Shown piece by piece: positions 1 to 9,352 of a DNA stretch of 64,000 nucleotides. Position 1 is the first letter of the stretch; every line of letters begins with the position of its first letter. This DNA comes from Myxococcota bacterium (lineage in GTDB: Bacteria > Myxococcota_A > Polyangia > Nannocystales > Nannocystaceae). The position numbers and the translations under genes are program-made. The notes beneath the pieces are model-generated. The model worked only from the letters and a program-made list of their open reading frames with translations. It made no database searches and was not told where the DNA came from. The stretch covers positions 191,273 to 255,272 of the forward strand of contig JBCCHT010000013.1 of assembly GCA_039028615.1 (NCBI GenBank), in the 5' to 3' direction.

Positions 1-730
1 GGAGCTTCTCGAGCTCGGCCAGGGCCAGCCCCGCCTTGGCGAGCCGCTTGGCGTTGCGGATCTTGCCGAAGGTGAAGATGGGAAAGACCGCCTTGGCGTC
101 GAAGGCCACCCGCACACCCGCCCGGCCGAGCTGGGTGAAGTAGCCCTGCACGGTGTTGAGGTCGAGGTTGGGGTCGGCCCCGGAGCGGCACCACTGGAAC
201 TGGAAGTCGTCGTAGCTCGGCGCGCCCACGGCCCCCGTGCCGTCGAGGGAGACCCGCAGGTCGTCGCACTCGACGTTGGCCCCCGGCGACAGCGTGGTGA
301 CCGTCTCGATGATGGGCAACCACAGGAACTTCGCCTTGCGGACCTGCGCCTTCATGGCGTCGACCTTGGCGTCGGCGGCATCGATGAGCGGGTTGGTCAG
401 CGCGTAGCGGAGGATCTGGTCGTGGCTGAGCCGCGGGACCCCGGCCGGGCGCGGGCCGTAGGGGTCGAGCCGGTCGGCGGCGGGGAGCGCAAACGCGGAG
501 CCGCGCGCGAGGCCCTCGACCTGCGCGGGGTCGGGGGTGGCCGCTGTGGGTTGGGGCACATCCTCGGCCGGTCGCGGGGCGGGCTTGGGAGGGTCGGGCT
601 CGGCGGTGGCGGCGGGCTCGGTCGGGCCGACCTCGGGCGCTGCGTGCACGGAGGTGCCCAGCAACGAGACCGTTGCCACCAAGGCCGCGAGGCGAGCCGT
701 GGCGGCGCACGAGCGCAGACGATGCGGCAT
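1..730 (-). CDS. TolC-family outer membrane efflux protein (3' end runs off the window)
   Basis: Hand-translated; not in the ORF track because the stop lies outside the window. ATG at 730, signal peptide MPHRLRSCAATARLAALVATVSLLGTSVHA, Pro-rich linker, then OEP-like segments QILRYALTNPLIDAADAKVDAMKAQVRKAKFLWLP and AVFPIFTFGKIRNAKRLAKAGLALAELEKL. Confidence 0.7.
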   Translation of the reverse strand, partial: MPHRLRSCAATARLAALVATVSLLGTSVHAAPEVGPTEPAATAEPDPPKPAPRPAEDVPQPTAATPDPAQVEGLARGSAFALPAADRLDPYGPRPAGVPRLSHDQILRYALTNPLIDAADAKVDAMKAQVRKAKFLWLPIIETVTTLSPGANVECDDLRVSLDGTGAVGAPSYDDFQFQWCRSGADPNLDLNTVQGYFTQLGRAGVRVAFDAKAVFPIFTFGKIRNAKRLAKAGLALAELEKL

Positions 731-822
731 ACGAAGATGGGTTACCGCGGAGGCAGCAGGGGATCAAGCGACGCGGATCTCATCGCTTGCGCGCCCGGAT
801 CGGGATTGTCATCGTGTGCTCC

Positions 823-1752
823 GTGACGGTCCGCTACGCCCTGCTTCACGAGATCCCCGGCCAGTCCCGCGCTCGCTTGCGGCTGCACGGCCCGGATACC
901 CGGCGATTCCTTCAAGGGACCCTGACCGCGGACGTCGAGAGCCTTCGCGAAGGCCAGGCCTTGGCCGGGGCCTTGTGTACGGTCAAGGGCAAGCTGGTCA
1001 CCGAGGTGGTGCTGCTCGCGGGGGCGAGCGAGGAAGAGGTCTTCGTGCTCGTGCCCGAGTCGCTGGGCGACGACATCGCGCAGCACTTCGACAAGCACAT
1101 CATCATGGACGAGGTCGAGGTCGAGTCGCAGGGCTCGGTCGGGCTCGCGCTGGCATGGTCGACCGACAGCGAGGCGCCGCCGGCCATCGAGGGGCAGGCG
1201 GGCTACGTCACCCGACACCCCGCGCCGGGCCGCTTGCTCGTGGGCGACGACGCGGAGCTTCGAGGACTGCTGGCCGCGCATGAAGACGCCGGGGTCGAAG
1301 GGTGGAATGCGCACCGCGTCGCCTCCGCGTCGCCGGCGTGGGGGCAGGAGATCGAGGCCGACTTCTTCCCGCCCGAGATCGGGTTCGTCTACGCGGTGAG
1401 CTACGACAAGGGCTGCTTCCTTGGGCAGGAACCCCTGGCGCGGATCCATGCGCGGGGGCAGGTCAACCGGGTGATGGTGCGGGTCAAAGCCGCGGCCGCG
1501 CCCACCGAGGCCGTGGCCATTGGCACCGCGGACAAGCCCAACAGCGGGCGCTGGACGACCTGGGCCTCCGTCGACGACGGGGTGCAGGGGCTGGCGATCG
1601 TGCGCCGAGCGGTGGCCGAGGCCGGCACCCCGCTCGTGTCCGTCGGCGACTCGCCGATCGAGCTCGAGGTGGTGAGCGGACCGCTGGGCGACGACCCCGG
1701 GGTCGGCAACCGCAAGCGCTCGGCCACCGTGAAGCTCGGCGGCCGACGCTGA
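823..1752 (+). CDS. ygfZ: YgfZ/CAF17-like folate-binding protein (Fe-S cluster / tRNA modification associated)
   Basis: Signature SYDKGCFLGQE plus N-terminal GPDTRRFLQGTLTAD. Start placed at GTG 823; the ORF-track start at 673 looks too long. Confidence 0.85.
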   Translation: MTVRYALLHEIPGQSRARLRLHGPDTRRFLQGTLTADVESLREGQALAGALCTVKGKLVTEVVLLAGASEEEVFVLVPESLGDDIAQHFDKHIIMDEVEVESQGSVGLALAWSTDSEAPPAIEGQAGYVTRHPAPGRLLVGDDAELRGLLAAHEDAGVEGWNAHRVASASPAWGQEIEADFFPPEIGFVYAVSYDKGCFLGQEPLARIHARGQVNRVMVRVKAAAAPTEAVAIGTADKPNSGRWTTWASVDDGVQGLAIVRRAVAEAGTPLVSVGDSPIELEVVSGPLGDDPGVGNRKRSATVKLGGRR

Positions 1753-1758
1753 GCGCGG

Positions 1759-3171
1759 TTAGAGCCCGAACGCCTCTTGGCGCGCGGAGTCTTCGATCAC
1801 CGCCGCCGCGGCATCGTGGCCGCTCTGACACGCCGACTCGATGGTCGCGGGCAAGCCCGTGCGGACCCAGTCGCCGCCGAGCAGCAGGCCCGGCACCGGG
1901 CTGCGCGTGGGCGGACGCCACTGGTAGGTGCCCGCGGCGTGCCCGATGGTGGCTCTGCGCTCCTTGATGATCTTGTGGCCTCGCAGCTGCACCGGGCGAT
2001 CGGGGAAGAAGCGCGCCAGCTCGGCCTTGGCCATCTCCAGGAGCGTCGAGGGGCGGTCGTCGACCATCCCGCGGGCGCCCGAGATCGTGCAGTTGAGCAG
2101 CGTGTCGCCGCCGACCTGACCTTCGATGCGGCTGCGGTCGAACAGCCAGTGCAGCGGGCTGCTGATGAGCCCCACGAAGGGCGCGTCGATGAAGGGCGAC
2201 CGGTCGAGCATCATCCACACGTTGATGATGGGCGAGGTGGTCAGCCGGGCGACGTCTTGGAAGATGGGGTGACGCCGGGCCGAGTCGGGCAGGGCGTCGA
2301 GCAAGGGCTGGGGCGGCACCGTGCTCACCACCGTGCGGGTGGCGATGCGCTCGCCGGAACGAAGCACGATGCCACAGACCCCGCGGTCGTCGGTCTCGAT
2401 GGCGCGCATCGGCTGGCCCATGCGCAGCTCGACGCCGCGGCGCCGCAGCAGATCGAGCGCATCGTCGACGTACAGGCGTGAAAGCGGCAGGCGGGGCACG
2501 CCGAGCCGAGAGTCGTCGCGGGTGCCGAGGAAGGCCCGCTCGATCACCGCGACCAGCATCGCGGCCGAGGCCACCAGCGGGTCGTCGTTGAGCACGGCCC
2601 AGATGAGCGGGTCCCAGAAGGCGCTGCGGATGCCCTGGGTCTGCCCCAGGCGCGTCAGCCAGGCGTCGCAGGTCTCGTTGTCGTCGGGGCGCTGGACCTC
2701 GCCGCGCAGCATGACGCCGGCCCGCAGCGCGGACGCCTTGTGCAGCAGGCCCAGGCCGCGCATCGAGGCCAGCCCGGCCGCGAGGTGGAAGGGGGCGGGC
2801 AGGGCTGGGCAGCGCAGGCGCACGCGACCACCCCCCGGGCGCACCATGTCGACCGCGAGGTTGCGCTGGAACTCGATGCTGTCGTCCTTGCCGATGGCCC
2901 GCAAAAACGCGAGCGTCTCGCGGTAGCACCCCATCAGCAGGTGCTGGCCGTTGTCGAGCTCGAGGCCGGAGGCAGAGTGGGTGAACGAGCGCGAGCGTCC
3001 GCCACCGCCACCGGTCGCCTCGACCACGATCACGCGGCGACCACTGCCGACCAGGCGGATGGCGGCACTGAGTCCGGCGAAGCCGGCTCCGACCACCACC
3101 ACGGGCGGCGCTTGTTCGTCCTGGCCCCCGCGGTTGCCCTGGCGGAAGGACGTGTCGGTGGGACCGTCCAT
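1759..3171 (-). CDS. hpnE: Hydroxysqualene dehydroxylase HpnE (FAD-dependent)
   Basis: Motifs GAGFAGLSAA, GGRSRSF, DNGQHLLMGCY and GDWVRTGLPATIESACQSG; directly downstream of hpnC-hpnD. Confidence 0.9.
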   Translation of the reverse strand: MDGPTDTSFRQGNRGGQDEQAPPVVVVGAGFAGLSAAIRLVGSGRRVIVVEATGGGGGRSRSFTHSASGLELDNGQHLLMGCYRETLAFLRAIGKDDSIEFQRNLAVDMVRPGGGRVRLRCPALPAPFHLAAGLASMRGLGLLHKASALRAGVMLRGEVQRPDDNETCDAWLTRLGQTQGIRSAFWDPLIWAVLNDDPLVASAAMLVAVIERAFLGTRDDSRLGVPRLPLSRLYVDDALDLLRRRGVELRMGQPMRAIETDDRGVCGIVLRSGERIATRTVVSTVPPQPLLDALPDSARRHPIFQDVARLTTSPIINVWMMLDRSPFIDAPFVGLISSPLHWLFDRSRIEGQVGGDTLLNCTISGARGMVDDRPSTLLEMAKAELARFFPDRPVQLRGHKIIKERRATIGHAAGTYQWRPPTRSPVPGLLLGGDWVRTGLPATIESACQSGHDAAAAVIEDSARQEAFGL

Positions 3172-3175
3172 GGCG

Positions 3176-4108
3176 CTACCAGGGAAGCCCGGTACGGGCG
3201 ATGGCCAGCGCGGCCACCTTGAGCTTGTCGCGGCGACGCAGGGCGGCCCGACGCGTGAACACGTTGAAGTTCCGGGTTCGGATCTCCTGGAGGATCCGAT
3301 AGTAGGTGCGGCCCATGATCTCGGCCGGCAGCAGGGCTCGCCCGTCCGCCTCGCTCAGGGCGTTCCAGGCCCGTCGGTACTCGCGCTCGGCCGCATCGGC
3401 GAAATCGCTGGCCATGGCCACGAAGCGATGATCGTAGCGCTGCTGGACGATGTCTTCGTCGGTCAGCCCGTGGCGATGCAGCAGGTCTTGCGGCAGGTAG
3501 ATGCGGCCCCGGACGGCGTCTTCGGCCACGTCGCGCAGGATGTTGGTGTACTGCAGGGCCAGGCCGAGGTGCTCGGCGTAGCGGCGGGCGGCCTCGCTCT
3601 GGTCACCGAACAGCGCGACGCACAGGAACCCCACGCACGACGCGACGCGGTAGCAATAAAGGCGCAGCGCCTCGAGGTCCTCGTAGCGGTCGCGCTCGAG
3701 GTCCATGGCCACCCCGGCGATGATCTCGTCGAAGGCCTCGCGCGGGTATTCGAACAAGCGGTTGGTGCGTCGTAGCCCGCGGCCGAGGTCGGTGCGCGGC
3801 GGGTCGTTCTCGACGTAGGCGTCGCCGTAGATCCGCGAGACCTCGGCGCTCCACTCGGACAGCTGGCGGCGAGCGAGGGCATCGCCGGCCGGCCCGGGCT
3901 CGCGCTCGTCGACGATGTCGTCCACGACGCGGCAGAACTCGTAGACCATGCCGAGTCCCTCGGCGCGCTCGGGCCCCAGGAACAGGAACGCGAACTTGAA
4001 GTTCGACGAGGAGCGCTCGGTCATGCGGCGCAGCAGGCCGGACACCCCGGTGGGGGCGGGCTCCGCTTCGCTGGTGGCCTGGGCTGGGTTGGCGGTCGCT
4101 TCGTTCAT
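3176..4108 (-). CDS. hpnD: Presqualene diphosphate synthase HpnD (squalene/phytoene synthase family)
   Basis: SSNFKFAFLFL, YEFCRVVDDIVDE, YCYRVASCVG, LQYTNILRDVAED and GRIYLP; lies between hpnC and hpnE. Confidence 0.88.
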   Translation of the reverse strand: MNEATANPAQATSEAEPAPTGVSGLLRRMTERSSSNFKFAFLFLGPERAEGLGMVYEFCRVVDDIVDEREPGPAGDALARRQLSEWSAEVSRIYGDAYVENDPPRTDLGRGLRRTNRLFEYPREAFDEIIAGVAMDLERDRYEDLEALRLYCYRVASCVGFLCVALFGDQSEAARRYAEHLGLALQYTNILRDVAEDAVRGRIYLPQDLLHRHGLTDEDIVQQRYDHRFVAMASDFADAAEREYRRAWNALSEADGRALLPAEIMGRTYYRILQEIRTRNFNVFTRRAALRRRDKLKVAALAIARTGLPW

Positions 4109-4112
4109 GACC

Positions 4113-5087
4113 TCAGGCCTCTCCTCGCCACAAGCGGCGACCGAACGAGAACAGCGAGCGGACCGCGATGCCGGCCATGTCCCGCTTCTCGAGGGTGGGG
4201 CGATGGCCGAGGGTCTGGAAGTCGAGGTCCTCGATGCGCTGCAGCACCGCCATGCCGCCCCGCCACGTGGCCTCGAGCTCCATCGACAGCCCGGGGGACA
4301 CCCGACGAATCAGCGGACGACCCCGGTAGAACATCGAGCGCACCCGCGAGACGGAAAAGCGCATGAGTTCCTGGAACTCGGCGGTGGAGCGCCCCGCCAG
4401 CAGGTCCTCGTGGGAGACCCCGAAGTGCACCAAGTCCTCCTCGGGGAGGTAGATGCGCCCGCGGGGGATGTCGACCGACAGGTCCTGCAGGAAGTTGGCG
4501 ATCTGCAGGGCGCTGCAGATTTCGTCGCTGAAGCGGTGCAGCGCCGGATCGCGGTGACCGTGCACGAAGAGCACCAGCTGCCCCACCGGGTTGGCCGAGT
4601 ACGAGCAGTAGTGGAGGACCTCGCGGAACCCGGTATAGCGGTGCTTGGTCAGGTCCATGCGGAAGGCGGTGAGCAGCGCCTTGAGCGGACCGATGGGGAT
4701 GTTGTGGCGGCGCACCGTGTCGCGCAGGGCGAGGAAGACCGGGTGCTGGACGTCGCGGTGGAAGCAGGCCTCGAGCAGCTGCTCCCAGGCGTCGAGGGCT
4801 TCGCGGCGGCGACCTTCGAAGCGTGGCTCATCGGCGAAGTCGTCGGCCGAGCGCGCGAAGGCATAGACCGCGGCGATATGCGGCCGCAGGTGCGCGGGCA
4901 GGAACTTCGAGGCGACGGGGAAGTTCTCGTAGTGGGTCGAGGCCATGCGCTCGCACCAGCGATACGCATTGGTCTTGGTCCACGGCCCGGGAGGGGCCCC
5001 GTCGGGGGGGTTGAACCGATCGCTCTCGTCGTCGGCCGCCGGCCGGGTGGGCACGCAGTACAAGCGAGGTTCGGTGGCGTTGACCAT
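4113..5087 (-). CDS. hpnC: Hydroxysqualene synthase HpnC (squalene synthase family)
   Basis: HpnC-diagnostic HYENFPVAS, plus YAFARSADDFADE, YSANPVG and QIANFLQD. ATG at 5087 preceded by AAGGAG RBS (ctcctt at 5095-5100). Confidence 0.9.
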   Translation of the reverse strand: MVNATEPRLYCVPTRPAADDESDRFNPPDGAPPGPWTKTNAYRWCERMASTHYENFPVASKFLPAHLRPHIAAVYAFARSADDFADEPRFEGRRREALDAWEQLLEACFHRDVQHPVFLALRDTVRRHNIPIGPLKALLTAFRMDLTKHRYTGFREVLHYCSYSANPVGQLVLFVHGHRDPALHRFSDEICSALQIANFLQDLSVDIPRGRIYLPEEDLVHFGVSHEDLLAGRSTAEFQELMRFSVSRVRSMFYRGRPLIRRVSPGLSMELEATWRGGMAVLQRIEDLDFQTLGHRPTLEKRDMAGIAVRSLFSFGRRLWRGEA

Positions 5088-5121
5088 GACAGGGCTCCTT
5101 CGTGAGGGAAAATAGATAGGC

Positions 5122-7398
5122 TCAGGAGGGGTCTTTGGCCCGCAGCTCTGCGAGGAGCTGCGTGGCGCGACCGGCCTTGATCTCGCCGTCTTCGACGAGG
5201 GCGCGGGCCAGCGCTTCGACTTCGTGTCCCGTGGCTCCGGCCCCGAGAGCGACGGAGCGGGCATGCAGGGACATATGGCCGCGTTGGATGCCCTCGGTGG
5301 CGAGGGCTCGCAGGGCGGCGAGGTTGGAGGCCAGGCCAGCCGCGGCCATGACCTGACCGAGCTCGGCCGCGCTGTCGCAGCCGAGGATCTCGAGCGAGAG
5401 GCGAGCGACGGGATGGGTCCGCGTCGCGCCCCCGACCACGCCGATGGCGGCGGGCAGGCTCATGGTGCCGCACAGGTGGCCGTCCTCGTCCTTGCGCCAC
5501 ACGGCGAGCGGGCCGTACTGGCCGCTGCGGGCGGCGTAGGCGTGGGCGCTGGCCTCCATGGCGCGCCAGTCGTTGCCCGTGGCCATCACCACCGCGTCGA
5601 CGCCGTTCATGATCCCCTTGTTGTGGGTGGTGGCCCGGTAGGGGTCGAGCTCGGCGAAGCGGGAGGCGGAGACGATGCCATCGACGACCTGCGGCCCGGA
5701 GAAGCCCTTGCCCGCCAGCGCCTCGGGCGCGACCCGCGCGGACACGTGGGCGCAGCGTCGATCGGAGAGATTGCTGAGGATCCGCAGGCCCGCCTGCCAC
5801 CCGGTGAGCGCTTCGAGCTCGGGAGCGACCGTCTCGGCGACGGTGTTGAGCAGGTTGGCGCCCATGGCATCGCGGCAATCGACGAGCACGTGCACGACGA
5901 TCATCGCGGGGTCGACCACGCGGACCTCGATCTCCCGGGCGCCACCGCCCCGAATGATGAGGCGGGGGTGGGCGGTGTCGGCCAGCTGCACCAGCGCGTC
6001 CGCGGCCTCGCGTACGGCGGTGGCCGCCGTCTCGGCATCCGCGGGGCCGCCGTCGACGGGCACGAGCTGGATCTGGGCGATCATCCAGGGAGGATCGGAG
6101 TCGGCCGAGAACCCACCGCCGGCCCGGATCATCTTCGCGGCGTTGGAGGCCGCCGCGACCACCGAGGCCTCTTCGACGCACATGGGCACGAGGAAATCGC
6201 GACCGTTGATGCGGAAGTTGGTGGCGATGGCCAGCGGCAGCTCGAGCGTGCCGACCACGTTCTCGATCATGTGGTTGGCCCGGGCGACGTCGAAGCTGCC
6301 CGCGTCGAGCTCGGCCAGGCGCTCGGCGGCGAGCCCGGTGCTGGCGGAGACGGCCTCGCGTCGTTGCTCGACGCTGAGCTTGAAGAACCCGGCCAGCCGC
6401 GAGTTGGTGGGCAGGCGGTCCTCGGCGCGGAGCCCTTCGACCCCGGCGACCAGGTCGCTGCGGAGCACCAGCCCGTGTTCGCGACGCAGTCGCTCGCCCA
6501 GACGATCGAGGGCGGAGCGGTCGGTGGCCAGCACGACGACCAGATCGCCACCGCTGGCGCCGCTGGGCTTGGCGGCCAGACCCAGCGCTTCGGCCTGCTC
6601 GATGATCGTGTTGATCTCGGGCGTCACGAAGCTGGCCCCGGCCATGGCCTGCAGCATGTGGAGGCCTTTGTTGTGCGACGCGGTGGCTTCGCGGATCTTG
6701 GCGAAGCGCTGGTCGAGCACCTCGCCCTGGATTGCCTCGGCATCTTCGTCCTGGCCGAGCACGTAGGCCTCGATGAACTTGCGCGAGGCGTTCGCCAGGA
6801 CCTCCATGGCCGCGGCGTACTGCTCGGGGTGGGCCTTTTCGCCATCACGGACGCGACGCACGAGGTCGCTGGTGATCGCGGCGTAACCGGAGTCCACGAA
6901 GCCCAGGTGCAGGCCGGGCAGGGGGGTGACCGGGGTGGCCTTGCCCTGCTCGAAGTGCAGCGTGCCGCCGAGTACGGCCGCCGCCACGTCGCCTCCACTG
7001 CCGCCGCCACCTTGGGCCTCGGAGTGGGCCGCAATGGCGATGGCCAGCGCATCCTGCTGGATGGCGGGGTCGCGTGGATCGAGCCCGTTGGCGGCGAGGT
7101 GATAGCCGACGACCGCGGCGGTGACCGCTGCGCTCGAGCCCAGACCCAGCTTGCGCGACCCCAGGTAGAAGCGACCGGTGTCGACGTAGGGATACTCCTG
7201 GCCGACCTCTTGGAGGTACGCGGTGACCCGTCGGTGGGCACACTGCACCACGGAGCTTATCTGCGGGCGGGCGTCGCCTCGCGGCGCGTGGGCGATGGCC
7301 CGGACGTCGACCGCAGTGACGATGGAGGGCGCCCCTTCGAGCACGGCGTACTCGCCGATGAGGAAGGCCTTGCCGGGAGCGGAGACGGAGACGCTCAT
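5122..7398 (-). CDS. Fused phosphomevalonate kinase (GHMP kinase) / class II HMG-CoA reductase, 758 aa
   Basis: The N-terminal ~325 aa carry APGKAFLIGEYAVLEG, KLGLGSSAAVT, GSGGDVAAA and AAKPSGASGGD. From ~residue 332 (nt 6405) come NSRLAGFFKLS, ENVVG, VEEASVVAA, DAMGAN, THNKGIMNG, GNDWRA and EGIQRGHMSLH. One continuous frame; ATG 7398 overlaps the mvaD stop (ATGA). Confidence 0.88.
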   Translation of the reverse strand: MSVSVSAPGKAFLIGEYAVLEGAPSIVTAVDVRAIAHAPRGDARPQISSVVQCAHRRVTAYLQEVGQEYPYVDTGRFYLGSRKLGLGSSAAVTAAVVGYHLAANGLDPRDPAIQQDALAIAIAAHSEAQGGGGSGGDVAAAVLGGTLHFEQGKATPVTPLPGLHLGFVDSGYAAITSDLVRRVRDGEKAHPEQYAAAMEVLANASRKFIEAYVLGQDEDAEAIQGEVLDQRFAKIREATASHNKGLHMLQAMAGASFVTPEINTIIEQAEALGLAAKPSGASGGDLVVVLATDRSALDRLGERLRREHGLVLRSDLVAGVEGLRAEDRLPTNSRLAGFFKLSVEQRREAVSASTGLAAERLAELDAGSFDVARANHMIENVVGTLELPLAIATNFRINGRDFLVPMCVEEASVVAAASNAAKMIRAGGGFSADSDPPWMIAQIQLVPVDGGPADAETAATAVREAADALVQLADTAHPRLIIRGGGAREIEVRVVDPAMIVVHVLVDCRDAMGANLLNTVAETVAPELEALTGWQAGLRILSNLSDRRCAHVSARVAPEALAGKGFSGPQVVDGIVSASRFAELDPYRATTHNKGIMNGVDAVVMATGNDWRAMEASAHAYAARSGQYGPLAVWRKDEDGHLCGTMSLPAAIGVVGGATRTHPVARLSLEILGCDSAAELGQVMAAAGLASNLAALRALATEGIQRGHMSLHARSVALGAGATGHEVEALARALVEDGEIKAGRATQLLAELRAKDPS

Positions 7399-8408
7399 GC
7401 CTGACCTCCTTGGGTGGGCAGCGGCGAGACGGCGGCATCCGGGCCGGGAGCGGCCACCAGCACGCCCAGGACCCCGGGCACCTCGGACAGGCGCTCCCGC
7501 AGGGCGGCCGTCTGCGAGGGCTCGCAGAGCACTTTGACGTGCGGTCCGGCGTCGATGGTCACGTAGCCCATCTGTCCGTCGGCACGGGCCCGCCACACCT
7601 CGTGGATGACCCCGACGGTGGTCGGATTCCAGTAGAGGATGGGGGGGTCGGTGGCCATCATGCTGGCGTGCATCTTGAAGCAGCTGTGCTCGACCACGCG
7701 ACCGAGCGCGGGCAGGTCGCGCGCCTTCAGGGCCGCCTCGGCGGCGTCGAGATCGGCCTCGGAGGTGTCGACCCATGCCGGGTAGTAGGGTGACGTCTCG
7801 CGGCAGCGCTCCATGCCGCTGGTCGACCCGAGCGGCTTGCGGCCGGCGGTGGTCTGCACCACGAGCAGCTCGAGCGGCCAGTGCTGAGCATTGGCGATGG
7901 GCCGCGCGCGACAATCGCTGCCGTCGTCGGCCGTGCCTCGGTCCAGGCGCACGAAGCCGCCGAAGATCGATCGCGCCGCGCTGCCCGAGCCCTGCCGGGC
8001 CAGCGATGACAGCACCGCGGCGGACAGGTCGGCCTCGTAGGCTCCGGCCGCGGCCATGGTGAGCGCGGCGAAGCCCGACGCCGAGCTGGCCAGGCCCGCT
8101 GCGGTGGGGAAGTGGTTATGCGAGCGCACCAGGCAGCGCGGGCGAGCGCCCTCGCGACCGGCGGCTCGCCAGACGCGGTCGAGGTGTCGCCACACCTTGG
8201 TCGCTTGCTCGTCGGCGACGGGCTCACCATCGAGTTCGAACTGGTCGGCGTCGGCCGGCGCCAGGTCGGTCTCGGTTCGCAGCGCATCGAGGGTCATCGA
8301 CAGCGAGCCGACGGCGGGAAGATTGAGCGCAGGCGTGACTCCGGTTCGCTTGCCCCAATACTTGACCAGGGCAATGTTGGAGCACGCGGTGGCGCGGACG
8401 GGCTTCAT
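7395..8408 (-). CDS. mvaD: Diphosphomevalonate decarboxylase
   Basis: NIALVKYWGK, AGLASSASGFAAL, RQGSGSAARS and TIDAGPHV; ATG 8408 overlaps the mvk stop (ATGA). Confidence 0.92.
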   Translation of the reverse strand: MKPVRATACSNIALVKYWGKRTGVTPALNLPAVGSLSMTLDALRTETDLAPADADQFELDGEPVADEQATKVWRHLDRVWRAAGREGARPRCLVRSHNHFPTAAGLASSASGFAALTMAAAGAYEADLSAAVLSSLARQGSGSAARSIFGGFVRLDRGTADDGSDCRARPIANAQHWPLELLVVQTTAGRKPLGSTSGMERCRETSPYYPAWVDTSEADLDAAEAALKARDLPALGRVVEHSCFKMHASMMATDPPILYWNPTTVGVIHEVWRARADGQMGYVTIDAGPHVKVLCEPSQTAALRERLSEVPGVLGVLVAAPGPDAAVSPLPTQGGQA

Positions 8409-9331
8409 GGGGTGAGCTCCACGAGCAGGGGTTCGTAACCGTCGGCCACGAACGCGTCGACGAGAGGACCGGGCTTGGGCCCGGGAAGGACCAGGATGCA
8501 GCCCCCTCCGCCGGCGCCGGTGAGCTTTGCACCAAGGGCTCCGTGACGTAGTGCGGTGGAGCACAGTGCGTCGAGGGGAGGGCAGGAGATGGCGAACGCG
8601 GACAGGACTTCGTGAGCGATCTGCATGATCTCTCCGAGCCGCTGGTGGTCACCGCTCAATAGGGCTTCGATGCCTTCGTCGACCGAGCGCCCGAGCGTCT
8701 CGAGCAGCGGACGGGTCAGCGAGGGCAGGCGTTCGTAGCGAGAGCGGACCTTGGCGACCTGTTCGTCGGTGCGGCGCTCGACCCGACTGGGCACCACGAT
8801 GAACGGCACCGGCTGGGTGAGGGCGACGACCGTGGGGGCTTGCCCACGAACAAATCGCAGCATGCCGCCGCGCGCCGCGACCTCGGAATCGATGCCCGAG
8901 GGCTCGCCGTGGAATACCCGCTCGCCCGCCATCGACCCGGCCACGACGGGCTCTGCGTCGGCGTCGGGCCCCAGCACCAGGCGGGCCAGCGCCACCGTGA
9001 GCGCGGCGGAAGATCCGAGTCCGGCCCCGGGCGGGAGCTTGCTGTCGCCCTCGATGATCCAGCCCGTGACCGGACCGTCGCAGTGACCCAAGACCTCGAG
9101 GCAGGCGCGGGCCACCGGGTGCTCCGACTCGACCCGCAGCTCGAGGTCGAGGCTCCACGCCGGGAAACGCAGCACGCTCGGGGCCTGGCGATCGTCGCGG
9201 GGCCTGGCCGTCAGGGTGAGCGCATCGGGCAGAGCGGCGGCCAGAGCCGGAAAGCCGTAGACCACCGAGTGCTCGCCGAGGACGATCGTCTTGCCGTGAG
9301 CAACGGCGCGGGGATGCAGGCGAAGCTCCAC
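8405..9331 (-). CDS. mvk: Mevalonate kinase
   Basis: GKTIVLGEHSVVYG, PPGAGLGSSAA, HGEPSGID and GAKLTGAGGGG. Confidence 0.9.
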   Translation of the reverse strand: MELRLHPRAVAHGKTIVLGEHSVVYGFPALAAALPDALTLTARPRDDRQAPSVLRFPAWSLDLELRVESEHPVARACLEVLGHCDGPVTGWIIEGDSKLPPGAGLGSSAALTVALARLVLGPDADAEPVVAGSMAGERVFHGEPSGIDSEVAARGGMLRFVRGQAPTVVALTQPVPFIVVPSRVERRTDEQVAKVRSRYERLPSLTRPLLETLGRSVDEGIEALLSGDHQRLGEIMQIAHEVLSAFAISCPPLDALCSTALRHGALGAKLTGAGGGGCILVLPGPKPGPLVDAFVADGYEPLLVELTP

Positions 9332-9352
9332 GGGGACCCGTTTCTCCGTCGG

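Noticed and set aside
1759..5087. Carotenoid genes (crtB/crtI) instead of hpnCDE
   Set aside because: Two synthase paralogues, one with HYENF, plus DNGQH and LPATIE motifs in the oxidoreductase fit HpnCDE better.
7399..7914. N-terminal extension of the PMK-HMGR ORF (930 aa in the track)
   Set aside because: Arg-rich off-frame read of mvaD. The real start is ATG 7398, with a GGAGG RBS and ATGA coupling.
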